In this document: positions 27,479 to 40,619 of the stretch, in pieces
Numbering within the stretch: the first letter of the stretch is position 1
Layout: the number at the start of each line of letters is the position of its first letter
DNA from: Nitrosopumilaceae archaeon
GTDB lineage: Archaea > Thermoproteota > Nitrososphaeria > Nitrososphaerales > Nitrosopumilaceae
Assembly: GCA_965207375.1 (NCBI GenBank)
Contig: CBDBMG010000001.1
Coordinates: 224,001 to 288,000 of the forward strand
Direction of reading: 5' to 3'
Length of the DNA stretch: 64,000 nucleotides
Translations under genes and position numbers: made by a program
The notes under the pieces: generated by a model
The model's input: only the letters and a program-made list of their open reading frames with translations
What the model was told of the DNA's origin: nothing
The model's database searches: none

Positions 27479-29715
27479 TGTGACTGTCTCTGCAAAAACC
27501 AGCCATGTTCGCACTAAAATTTAAATTCATTTTTTTGCCCCAGCTTATAGCTATACTTAATAGCTAGCCTAACACCATATCTCCTATGGCCAGACTCAAG
27601 TGGTCTGCTTTTCTGAGGGGTGGATTTGGGGCCCTGTGAAACCGTGACTGACACATTGGCACCTGTGGAGCGCACCAATTGGGCGTTGTCAGCCTGGAAT
27701 TCTACCCTTGACCAGAATGATGTCCCTTCGGCCTGGTTGTATGGTCAGGACCATCTGTGGGCAGCTGGTCACCTCGTGTCTTCACCTGGGGAGGTTTTTC
27801 CTCCTCCCTCCCCACCCCCCCACCCCACCCTCCCCTCCCCTCCTCCCTCCCGCCCACCCCCTCATAACACTGGGCTAAAATTGATGCACACCTTCGAAAA
27901 AATCGTCTGAAAAGGCCTGAAATCAAGCAAGGAACAGCTTCAAAGGTAAACTGTATTTTATTCAATAGATTACTAAGTAAAGTTTTGCTAAACAAAAGCG
28001 GCCTAGTACGAGCAAAAGCTGGTAATTTCACTTTAAAAACTTTAAACGCCTGTTTCTCTAATTACTACCAGGTGCGAACATGGCGGGTTTTCGCAAGGAG
28101 GGTCACATGTGATTATATAAAAGTGTTGTGTATGCCTAGTGCGTCTCTATACTAGCTATTCCTCACCTTATGTGCAAAGGGAAGCTTCCACGTACAAGAG
28201 GTGGCCCTGTGAAGGCCAGAGCACTACTCCCAAGAATGACAACGTCAGGGTAGCTCACGTGATCCACATGTTATTTTATAAATGTGACTGTCTCTGCAAA
28301 AACCAGCCATGTTCGCACTAAAATTTAAATTCATTTTTTTGCCCCAGCTTATAGCTATACTTAATAGCTAGCCTAACACCATATCTCCTATGGCCAGACT
28401 CAAGTGGTCTGCTTTTCTGAGGGGTGGATTTGGGGCCCTGTGAAACCGTGACTGACACATTGGCACCTGTGGAGCGCACCAATTGGGCGTTGTCAGCCTG
28501 GAATTCTACCCTTGACCAGAATGATGTCCCTTCGGCCTGGTTGTATGGTCAGGACCATCTGTGGGCAGCTGGTCACCTCGTGTCTTCACCTGGGGAGGTT
28601 TTTCCTCCTCCCTCCCCACCCCCCCACCCCACCCTCCCCTCCCCTCCTCCCTCCCGCCCACCCCCTCATAACACTGGGCTAAAATTGATGCACACCTTCG
28701 AAAAAATCGTCTGAAAAGGCCTGAAATCAAGCAAGGAACAGCTTCAAAGGTAAACTGTATTTTATTCAATAGATTACTAAGTAAAGTTTTGCTAAACAAA
28801 AGCGGCCTAGTACGAGCAAAAGCTGGTAATTTCACTTTAAAAACTTTAAACGCCTGTTTCTCTAATTACTACCAGGTGCGAACATGGCGGGTTTTCGCAA
28901 GGAGGGTCACATGTGATTATATAAAAGTGTTGTGTATGCCTAGTGCGTCTCTATACTAGCTATTCCTCACCTTATGTGCAAAGGGAAGCTTCCACGTACA
29001 AGAGGTGGCCCTGTGAAGGCCAGAGCACTACTCCCAAGAATGACAACGTCAGGGTAGCTCACGTGATCCACATGTTATTTTATAAATGTGACTGTCTCTG
29101 CAAAAACCAGCCATGTTCGCACTAAAATTTAAATTCATTTTTTTGCCCCAGCTTATAGCTATACTTAATAGCTAGCCTAACACCATATCTCCTATGGCCA
29201 GACTCAAGTGGTCTGCTTTTCTGAGGGGTGGATTTGGGGCCCTGTGAAACCGTGACTGACACATTGGCACCTGTGGAGCGCACCAATTGGGCGTTGTCAG
29301 CCTGGAATTCTACCCTTGACCAGAATGATGTCCCTTCGGCCTGGTTGTATGGTCAGGACCATCTGTGGGCAGCTGGTCACCTCGTGTCTTCACCTGGGGA
29401 GGTTTTTCCTCCTCCCTCCCCACCCCCCCACCCCACCCTCCCCTCCCCTCCTCCCTCCCGCCCACCCCCTCATAACACTGGGCTAAAATTGATGCACACC
29501 TTCGAAAAAATCGTCTGAAAAGGCCTGAAATCAAGCAAGGAACAGCTTCAAAGGTAAACTGTATTTTATTCAATAGATTACTAAGTAAAGTTTTGCTAAA
29601 CAAAAGCGGCCTAGTACGAGCAAAAGCTGGTAATTTCACTTTAAAAACTTTAAACGCCTGTTTCTCTAATTACTACCAGGTGCGAACATGGCGGGTTTTC
29701 GCAAGGAGGGTCACA
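27479..29715. mobile_element. Array of three 629-bp TIR elements separated by two identical ~175-bp spacers (period 804 bp)
   Basis: Units at 27479-28107, 28283-28911 and 29087-29715; TIRs TGTGAC...GTCACA; TA at both outer ends. The ORF track repeats identically at +804. Confidence 0.9.
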
Positions 29716-31006
29716 TATTTCAAATCTTGATTTTGAGCAAGATTTCAAGATTTCTGTAAAGATGTCTACAAGATTTTAAATTGTATTTACTATTTTTCTA
29801 TGAATATATTTAATTTTGAATTACGACAGAAAGCAAGCTCATGGATCTGTGTATATCCAGAAACATTTGGTTTTAAGATTTCAGACTTCAAGATTTCTAA
29901 GAACCTATACGAGATTTCAATGGATTTGTTGTATGTATGTATATATGTATATATACCCCATAGCCCTAACTCTATGTGCTTGTGTAAACCTCAACTGGGA
30001 TATTGCTCTGCTGCATATTACTCTACTGAAACACGACCACTCCCAAAAGCATGTAAAAGATGCAGAATTCCTACTGACTTGGATTGCATAAAGATGTGGT
30101 CTCAATGTGTTAAGAAACAAGATGAAGATGTTCATGGCCGAGTAAGTGCTATAACTAACTGTATAATATGTTATTGTTCAATGTCACATTAGTGACCAGC
30201 TAATATACATTCAGGAATAGCCACAGCTATCTTAGTTTGCCAAATCAGAATGTAAAATAGATCAGAGATTCGGCTTGTATGTTAGCTAACTAAAGGTAGC
30301 TATAGTAGCTAGGCTTAAAGCTGATTATGTGTGAAAATATGAAATTAATCAAGTCATGTGGATAATAGTCAGCAATGCAAGATGTGGCTACAAGAATAAA
30401 ATTGCATATCATAGAAATTATTTTAATCTTTAACTATAGAAGGATTAATACACTATTATATAGCTAGCTATATACACATGTAGCTATAACTACGTATTCA
30501 GTTGAAATACCTGTAGTCACTGACATTGCAGTATAATGTGACTCACCTACCTAATACTCACAAAGATTTGTACCTATAAAATTAGCAGATAGCTAGCTAG
30601 CTCAATTAGGCATTGTTACCTTACAAGCTAAGTAGCTAGCTATAGCTACTAGCTAAATATAGCTACATGTTGAGGGATATTACTTGCAATAGAAAAGCCC
30701 ACAGTATTAATTCCCTCCTAGTTTGTTGATACTTAAAATTATGGTTTCTTGTCAGGTATAACTAAACATTGTAGCTATAGTTACTTATAAAAAGCATTGA
30801 TGTCCTAAACAAAAACCCTGGCTGATTGTAAAAAAAGTGTGAGGATATAGTTAAAGGTGGCTAAGTGACAATGCCAATCAATAAAAGCATTTTTTAATGA
30901 AGTTTTGGTCACTTATATAACCATATTACAATGCCACTTATGATTGCATGGTCTCACATTTCTTTTACAGCCAGGCTGTTTTTGTTAGGTTATATACGTA
31001 TATAGG

Positions 31007-31192
31007 TTATACATACATACATACATACATACATACATACATACATACATACATACATACATACATACATACATACATACATACATACATACATACATAC
31101 ATACATACATACATACATACATACATACATACATACATACATACATACATACATACATGCATGCATGCATACATACATACATACATACATAC
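31007..31192. repeat. (TACA)n microsatellite
   Basis: Seen directly. Confidence 0.95.
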
Positions 31193-31779
31193 ATTATTAC
31201 TGTCTGTTGTCACTTGTAGCCTACACGACGTATGAGGACTGCTACTAACTTCAAAATCTACATGCATCCTTGCTGACAAGTGAAGTCACAACAAAAAACT
31301 GGATTGAATAAATATTGTGTGCAAATAGATTTACTTTTGTATATTTCCCAATTTAGTTGATTTAGCCGTTATATAACCTGATGTTGTAGTTTAATGTGTA
31401 GCTATAGCTAGCAACAATGATATAGCTACATATTCAATCATAAAAATGAGTTGTTTAACTCTAGAGATAACCTTGCACAATAGCATGATGATTATACTCA
31501 CATGACGTGAATGTATTTTTAGTGCATTAATCTGTCATAACTACTCTCTGTACAGCCACATGTGCATGCACGGTCTGGTAATAGAAATTTACTAGCAGAT
31601 GTACCTGCCCTATTATGTAAGGTGTCTATGCATAGATCATAACAGTCAACTACTCCACAATGGATTCCCTAGTCTACTGAGTCTACTTAGTTTCCCATGC
31701 TTGTTGTCCTATGGCTACATCGGTATAGTCTCTGCCTAATCTCCAACACCTATAGCAAAATCACCCCAATCTTAAAAAG

Positions 31780-33060
31780 GTGATAAACACCTAATTCCTC
31801 ATTATTGACCGATCAGTCTAACTCAAAGGTCCATTTAAAACAATGCATTGGTGATGTTTAGTAGGAAACTTGAGAGATCTAGAAACAAAACAATGAGTGA
31901 TATAGCTAATAGTGGTCATTCAGAGTTTGACCCAATCATCTATAGCTACTGTATGTAATACCATGTTGTTCAGGTCTGTAGAGGAGTGGTTTTGAAAGCC
32001 ACCAGAACCTTCAATATAATATATTTTTTGTGTGCATGCTGCAGCAAAGAATTAACTATAAGACATTTTTCTCTCTATAATGTCTTGAGTCTGCTTCACC
32101 AGCTTGGCTGCAATTAGGCTTGCGCTGATTATGCCGGCATAATTTTGGGCGTAATGGGCATTTAAAAACATTGAGCATAATGCTGGCATAATAGGCAAAA
32201 TTTCTAGCACGCGCCGCCATGCAACATACTCAAATCATTTATAACATCCACAAAGTTATTATTACACACATACTGTACTTTCAGGAGACTGCTAGGCTCA
32301 ATTTAGCAATTTTTACAACCACTTTTAGATGCTAGATCAGGCGCCACTAAAAATAATTAAAATTATTATGTAAAAAGCTCTATTGTGGAAGAAATTTTAC
32401 ACTCTTATGGATTATTCACCACCTACAAAATATCACTAAACTAAGCCATGATTTAAGTTGTTAACGCATCCGCCTGATAAACCTGCTGTTCAACTTTGTT
32501 TTATTGCAAAATTTTGTGCTACAGCAGTGTGTTTTGGGATCTTCACGTGACAATGATATCCTTGATTGACTTACTGTCTGTTGTTCAATCTGTGTTATTT
32601 ATGGAGATACGTAGGCTTCCACAGTGCTGTAATTTGTATTAAGCTTCTCCCACCCTGTACATTCCAAAATTTATCACTTACTTTTTAACAATAATTTTGA
32701 TACAATCTGATTTAGCTGCTATTCCACGAAGTGTAATGATATTGACTCTTGCAATTGGTGGATAGAATGGAGGAATCTCTTCCTAACTGCTGCAACTAAT
32801 CCTTTGGAGTGAAGCTTTAAATAGCTGCCAGGAGCGAGGCTGCAGGAGATTTTCAGTCAGCCTAAAATCTCAAGGTCACAATGATGTACACATGTCACAT
32901 GATAGAGAATCTCTTATTGTAATCAAACACCACCTTCATGATGGGAACAATATCAGTCAGAAATTGTATCAACTGGAAATGTTTCAGTTATTGCAGTAAC
33001 ATCAAGTATGATCAATGCTTTAATGTCGACAAACATTAACTACACTTTAAATACACACTC
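31780..33060 (-). pseudogene. Highly decayed non-LTR (LINE) fragments, endonuclease-like and RT-like
   Basis: Minus-strand remnants LDVTAITETF...HEGGV (APE-like, about 32900-33020) and GGFQNHSST...AIDDWV (RT-like, about 31880-32005); interrupted by another repeat at about 32115. Confidence 0.4.
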
Positions 33061-35399
33061 TGTGGACTAGAATTGAAGGGATAGTGCTCATATCATCAAC
33101 GGTTGATACTGTAGAACCATCCAGAATACTTTAATAGAGGGTCATTTGTTGCCGGATGGCTTGGATGCTGCTCTATGGAGCTTATATAGCCTGATCAAAC
33201 AAACAAGCTAACACTACAGAAAACTGGATATCACCTGCTGCCTGGCGATTAATGGATCGCCAGGCTAGTTCCTTTTGTGCAACCCCTTAAATCGATAATA
33301 ATTCCCCGCTAGCAAGTATAATATCACCTCGGATATGACGATCTATTGCCGTTTTGGTATGAGATGCTCGCGTAATCTTCTTTGCGCGAGGTCACGTGAC
33401 CGGGACTCGCGTGATATTTGCAAGGTGAAATCTTGGTCGGGTCGATCTTGGTGGTGGCATGTTTATTTCAGTTTAATGTACGAGAATGAAATTATTTGTA
33501 CAATTTGTGCTTTTGATGTTACTGTCATGTAATGACCCATGCTGCAGCGAGAGAACCTTCATTACAGGATGCGGTAAGTTCTGCGTTCATGTATCATTCA
33601 TATAAATAATTGTACGCATGTAGCTATAAAGCCAGGCAAACTTGATTACTTGTTTCTCTTTACGCGTAAATTTCATTTGTTTATAAATTATCGTTTTACG
33701 TACTTGAATTTTCAAATGTCTGTCTTTTCACCTCTCACCCCCAGCATCAAAATCACAGTTGCAAAAATTAATTTTGATGCATGAGAAAGCACTGGCATGT
33801 ATCAAGTTTGGACTAACTCATAACTGATGATACCTTTCTTGGCATTTTATGCACTGGTCTTCAACTGTTAAATAAGTTTCAGTCCAGCAGCTCTTTCTGC
33901 ATGGTGATATAGCTAGCAAAATATGTACATGTGGTTGTGTAATGGTAAGCCGGGTGAGGTGATATACAAAAATGGGTTGGCAAAATTAATTTTGGTGATC
34001 TAGTACAACTAGCTATCAGGTACTATTTGCACATTTTAAGAGCTGCCTTTTCTAACAGCTATCAGAATTCATTACTGACACCTCTCACAATGAAGACTAT
34101 TGGATACCTTATCACCAAGGTAAACATTTTAGGGCATAAGCCCTGCAAAATTTAATTGTGACTTGCTATCAAGAGGGGCATCATTTCAGCTGAAAAGTCA
34201 GATATGTAACTTCAGTAGTCACACCAGATAGCTAGCTAGCTTTAAACAGTCAGAGTTAGAAGATTATAGAAATTTTTCTAATTCTGGTGCATCGGTAATC
34301 CAAATTTTTCAAAATGTACAAAATTTCTTCAAGTAGGCTAGCTAGCTAACTATACACTTTACAAGGGCACAATGTTTAATAGTTATTTCACAAAGGGAAT
34401 TTCTTGCCAAGTTTGCAGAAACTTTGTTTAAAGATGTACGGTAAATTTATCTGACCAAATTAGATTTTGATTGGCCAAATAAATGGCCAATAGCCAACTA
34501 CATTATATACTCATAGCTAGTATATGCAAATCCAAACCTATCCTTGCTGCCCATTTTATTTGGCTGATAATCAATAATTGAATACTGGTAATGATCACTT
34601 AACCTTTAGTAAGGAATGAAGCCAGCTAGCAGTCACTTGAGGGAAGTTTTAAGGGAAACCTTATAAGCTCATTAGAGCTGCATTAGCCAATGATTTGTGG
34701 CAGCAATGATTTCATATAACACTAAATATTATGTGGCTTCATAAAGGTCATAGCCCCTTATAAGGTACCACAAGTGGCAATCCCCATAAGCATTCTAAAT
34801 ATGTTTTATTCCTTATACAGTAAAACACATATCAATAATGATATTCATAGCTGAGATAGCTCATAAATTTGCTGTACAAATTACACCACCATAGTTTTGT
34901 GACTGCATTCTGTAAAATCTAAATTTATGATTTCCACAAGTCTTAGGTTTATGTAAGTGAGTTGTAGATCATCATTTATATAAAATTCATAGCTAGAATA
35001 GGGTGAGTCAAATACATGACTACTACCAACAGTATCGTATGCATAGGCGGCAGAAGTAGGGGAGCCATGGCCCCTCTTAAATTTTATACTCCATAGGAAT
35101 TCAATTTTTGCAATGCATGAGTTTAGCTAAGTGGCCCCCCTAACTTTCAGTAGCTTCCTCTACCACTAATCATACATATATATGGACTAATATAAAATTC
35201 CTTACTGAAAAATACCCTTAACACACCACTAATCCTTAGCTACTTGGTGTAGTACCAGTATATTGCCTCACGTGATCAAGTTCATTAGTATCGCGGATGC
35301 ATGCAATCATACATATATATTTCCTATACCCCCCTACCAAGCTTTTTGAGAGGGGACTTACAAAAAGCTGAGACTATCATAAATTACAACTGATTACAA

Positions 35400-37510
35400 T
35401 AAATTATTCTGCTCCACTGTCTCCTGGTCATTGGCACACTGCCTGTCATGCCGTAAATAGGGAACTGACTCTGGTACTCTACACCGTATAAATCATCGAT
35501 TCCTGATCAGTATACAGATCCTCTCTGTCTTGATATGATACTGCCACTGAGGGCCTATGGCAGTTACCACTCCATAGGTGTCCTATAGTCTAGTCCTATG
35601 GTCCTGGACTGCCACATTTGTTCCCACTTGTATCTCCGGGAGGGCATGTGCCCTGTGTTGTAATATCTTTGGCTTACCTTTAGGGTTGCTTCTGCCTGTT
35701 GCTTTGCTGCCTAGTTACTATGTTGCCACTCCAGTGCAAAAGAACTGTGGTGAGCAGGGAGTACATCTTGGATAGGGTGGCCGTATAGCTTTTGTGCTAG
35801 CGACAAGCCATCCTTCCTTGATGGTGTGTTCCGAAACTGCAGAAGGGCCCTACATAACTTCTCCTCATTTATACATCTGCCATTCCATGCTGCCCTAATT
35901 ATTGTCTTTATTGACTTAACTGCTGCCTCTGCCCTGCCATTGCTCTATGGATAGTGTGGTGTTGAGGTCTGATGGTGAAAGCCCCACTGACAAGCAAATG
36001 ATTGGAATTCTCTTGAGGTGAATTCTGATCCTCGATCCCACCAGAATATGTCAGGTATAGCTGTTCTGCTGAACAACTCTCTGAGTCCTGCATTCAAATG
36101 GCTTGTAGTGATGTTCCTTCCCATTGGAATGATTGTTGGCCAATCTGAATAACAGTCCACAACTATCAGATAAAATCTCCCTGCATGGTAACAAAAATCT
36201 CCTGCCACTGGTTGTTCTCATCACTCTCGGCTAATAATTCTTCTGAGCTTGGCATACTCACTGCATTACAGGACAGTGCATCTGGGGCATGGTTTGTGCT
36301 GCCCTTTTGCCAATTAACTTTGAAGTTGAATGCCATTATCTTTGCACGCAAACGCTGCAACCTTGGATTTTCAATCTTATCTAGTCTGTGGTGATTAATG
36401 ATCGTAATAAGTGGATTGTGGTCTATTATCACGTCAAACTGTTGCATGCCCATGAGGAATACTGTGCATTTCCATATAGCCCATGTGATTACAAGTAATT
36501 CCAGGTCATTAACTGCGTATCTAGATTCTGCATCTGTTAGACAGTGGGAGCCTGCTTGAACTAAGCGCCATTGTCCTTCTGCCGTTTGCTGTTGCATGAC
36601 AAATCCCAGGCCCTGCCTGCTGGCATCAGTACACACTCTTGTGGGCTTTGCTACATCGAAAAAGGCTAATACTGGTGCTGTCGTCAAGCTCTCCTTTGCT
36701 TTTTCCAGTACTTGCATGATCATGTTCCATTGTCCACGTAAACTCGTTCTTTGTACTGAGAAGAGGCCTTAATGGTGCTATTAATTCAGCAATTGCATTT
36801 GTGCCTGATGTCAATTGGTTGGCTAATCCAACAAATGAACATAGCTTGGTACGTGTTGTGGGTGTGGGGAATTGTTTTATAGCTGCTGTAATGGAGGAGT
36901 CTATCTGGTATCCTTCTGGTGTTAAGTGGAATCCTGCAAACTTGACTTGACTCTGACAAAACTGCCATTTATCTCTGTTAAGAAATATCTTCTTGCCTTT
37001 ACACCGCTGGAGGAACTGCTTGACATGTATAACATGCTGCTGAGGATCTTTATCATAAATGACAATGTCATCAACTATTCTGCGGTACCCGTTAGCCCTT
37101 CCAAGGCCTCCGCCATCCTCCGTTTTTAATGCTCTGCAATAGATGAGAGTCCGTATGGTGCACATAAGTATTTAAATCATCCAAACGGTGTGATAAATGT
37201 CGTAAGCTCTTGGCTATCCTTGGCTAGGGGACACTGATGGTATCCTTTTGTAGCATCAATGACTGTGAAGTACTTGGCTTCATTAGCTGTTATGTCAGCT
37301 ACTGCCTCTGCAGGTGCTGGTGACTGATACCGCTCTCTTAAGACAAAGCGATTAAGCTTGGACAAATCTACACACATTCTAATGCGGTCAGTTCCTTTTT
37401 TGGACGTTACTACAATTGGTGGACACCAACGTGTGGCCTCTGTTACAGGTGCTATAATGCCTTGTTGCTGCAGCAACTCTAACTCTGTCTTTATTAAAGC
37501 TTCATTTTCA
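35400..37510 (-). pseudogene. Decayed Gypsy pol (RT, RNaseH, integrase)
   Basis: RMCVDLSKLN, TTFITPFG, IVDDIVIY, CTDASRQGLG and integrase VVDCYSDWP...DRGSEFTS, spread over several frameshifted ORFs. Confidence 0.9.
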
Positions 37511-37709
37511 TGTGAATAGTTATTTGTAACTGGGCAAATACACACATACACAAAATAATTTCAAGAAACCAGGTTCGTGTTGGCCAAAGGCGGTGCATGC
37601 CTGAATTTAAAATTACACAGTTTATTGACTAAGTAATGAATTCCATACACTGTCTTATGATGTTACTCTTGATAACTACATATTAGGGATGAGGGAATTA
37701 TGCAGGAAT

Positions 37710-38294
37710 GGACATGACTAAAGCACGGAACGGACTGGAAAACGGACTCGCAAACGGACTGAGTAAATTTCTTTGAAAAGCATCCTTGTATCACTGCAGC
37801 ATTGTTTTAATAGCACACAAATCATAGCAGCACTAACAACGGCCGTATTCATCGCTTGCAGCCACGATTTCGAAGGTTGAAACACCACGATACTATGCCC
37901 TGCGCTTAAAACTAGTATTCATGGTTGTTCAAATAAAATAGCGTTAATAAAACAGATACCTCACTAGACTGATTTGCCTGGTTTAGCGATTACTGGTTGC
38001 GTTATTTGTAACATCAATCACTCTGGCGAGATCTATAAATGGACTGAAGTAACCCAGTCGAGGCGCGTATATTATCTATGAAAACAAAGGCTAGTTTTAA
38101 GCGCAGAGCATAGTATCGTGGTGTTTCAACCTTTGAAATCGTGGCTGCAGGCGATGAATACGGCCGTTGTTAGTGCTGCTATGATTTGTGTGCTACCAAC
38201 AATGCTGCAGTGATACAAGGATGCTTTTCAAAGAAATTTACTCAGTCCGTTTGCGAGTCCGTTTTCCAGTCCGTTCCGTGCTTTAGTCATGTCC
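37710..38294. mobile_element. Mutator-like MITE with ~205-bp TIRs
   Basis: GGACATGACTAAAGC... / ...GCTTTAGTCATGTCC; 10-bp TSD ATGCAGGAAT at 37700-37709 and 38295-38304. Confidence 0.85.
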
Positions 38295-40619
38295 ATGCAG
38301 GAATAATTTTGGGAATTTTGATAGCAGATGATATTCTGGCTGGGAATAATGGGGAACAATTGAGCAAATAATGAAAATATTTCATATACTATGCAGAAAA
38401 AGTAACAAGATAGTTAGCTATATACACTGTATTTAGCTACTTACAATGTGTTTGTTAACATTGTTATACACAATTAAATACAACCAACAATATGGGCAGC
38501 CCTTGCCTGCCATGGTACATGCCGAATGGCAGGGTCTCCCGACACGAGTGAACCATGCAGTATGGCAGTGCAAATTGTGGTGGTGATCTCACAAGGCGGC
38601 ATTGGAAGGTGAGTCGATGCGGGCCTGCGTTGACAGCTTACAGACCTGCTGGACGGTACTCCGGCCTGACCGAGGAAGACCAAATTACAATTTATTGACT
38701 ATGTGTTGTTTCTGTATGACTGCATGTGAGCATACAGCTAGCTATAAGTGAATGTAAGACTTAATGTTAATTGGTATTATATGTAATTGAAGGAACAGTA
38801 AAAAAGAATAAAATTGAGCATAATGAAGGGATTTTGAGAGAAATTTGGAATAGAATAATGAAGGAAATTTGGAGCACAAACCTACTACATATATCAATTC
38901 CTTGTTTATTAAATACACAAGTACATTTATAAAACACTCTAATAGAGCATACAGAAACATTATGCCTATTTCTAGTTGTGCATGACTTCCAGTAAACATG
39001 AGCACAGAGTCAGATTGTACTTCCTCCTAATACATAAAAAATGATTGAACTTTTAACACTATGTAGGTCAGAGTGATATCTAAAGGAGAGTATATATGTC
39101 AATATTAGTAGTACTATCCTGCTATATAGGTGCAAAGATTATTTTATTTATTATGACTCAACTATCTGAAGTGAAGACATTGTTGAATCAATTATACAGA
39201 CATCTTTTATGATGAACAGCCATAATTTTACCACCAGCCAAATCTCCATTAAGTGAAGGTGCTTTCCAACACCATTTTAAAACACTTTGGGATTTATAAG
39301 AAACCTAAATAGCAGCTGGAGTGACCACAAACAAGATAGCAACAAATTGGCGCACCGTACTGAGGATGGGGAAAATGTCATAACGTACGTAATATTATTA
39401 TACGTTTCCAATCCATGTTACGTATAATATCTATGCTTTCACTATGGCAAAAAGAAGCTGTTGCCCTGAATTGTTGTCGGACGAAGACTCTTTACCTGGG
39501 ACCATGTTTCCCACAAGGATAACCGAGGGGTCCGATACTAAAGATTTTTGTCAACGTGATTCTCAGCCATTCTTCTATGATTGTGACCTCAGGATTTTCA
39601 CCACTGAAGGGATCTATGGGCAGCGCCTTCCCCCGCCGTCCGTTTGTCTGCATCTGGAATGGGTAACCGAAGTCTTGCGGTGCAGTCTTGCGGTGCAGTC
39701 ACAACAGGTTGTTGTTGGTTGCATTTATCCCCATGGTCGTGGCCATAATAATTCATCGACGAACATTGTGGTAATTTCTTTCTCGATGAAGATGCCGCTT
39801 GCACAACTCCTTGATCAATTAGGGTACTCAATTTCTCCGTTGACATACTGCTGCTTCGGGATGCTCGACCTTTCCTGCAGAGCATGTCCTCAATAATAAC
39901 ACTCTTATTATTAATAGGTGCCTGTTGTGGGGCATATTTGGTCCGCGATATAACTGCAGCTGTTCACTTACCAATTTTGTATTGGAAAGTTGCTTCATTA
40001 CTTTCTCCAGCAAGAGGGACTGTTCATTTAGTACCCTCTCTAGTCTCTCGTTATCACGACGCACATCGCACAGTACACTGCGTAATTCTAGCGTGTCACC
40101 ATCTCCATTATTTACTGGAGATAACGTGTGGTTTGGGCATACAGTATTGATGTGAAACGCTTACTGAAAGTGGATGACGATAAATTACTCCAGTGTCCCA
40201 TATAACTCCGGATTCATCAACTAAAAATATACGGCTTGTGTCACCACCTCAACCACAACTTCCACGTTCTCGGGCTGGTACCCAAATTCCAGTAATCGTC
40301 CTTCAACAAGTTGCCGAGGCTGAAGCTCCTGTCGGCAATTCCAATAACTTCGCCAGCATTTGTAACTGACTCACAACTATCCTCTTTGAATTCAATGGAT
40401 AAGTTATCCTCGGGGATCCGACACAATTCTGAATCATGTCGATGGTTTGTAGAGATTCTGGAATCAGGAATCTCAACTTTTGTAAATATTCTTGTAATAT
40501 ATTGTATTTCTCTGTATACTATTAATCACGTGACATACATTCCCTAATTTGGTAAACAGAAATCATTTTCATGGAATCACATCAGGAATCTTGGAATCAA
40601 GTTGAAATTCCAAAAGATT

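Noticed and set aside
27479-29715. CRISPR-like or tandem TRIM interpretation of the repeat-spacer array
   Set aside because: Repeats are 629 bp, spacers are identical, there are no cas genes, and no PBS or PPT is present.
29800-30192. 130-aa ORF with an internal GTAAGT donor
   Set aside because: Partly inside a repeat, no domain similarity, and no clear phase-1 boundaries.
33330-33580. CpG-rich stretch with a GTCACGTGAC E-box and a GTAAGT donor, as a possible promoter or first exon
   Set aside because: No compatible coding phase or signal peptide; it adjoins LINE remnants and cannot be distinguished from transposon sequence.
39444-40155. Overlapping ORFs upstream of the Gypsy gag
   Set aside because: No recognisable domain; fragmented; no function can be supported.
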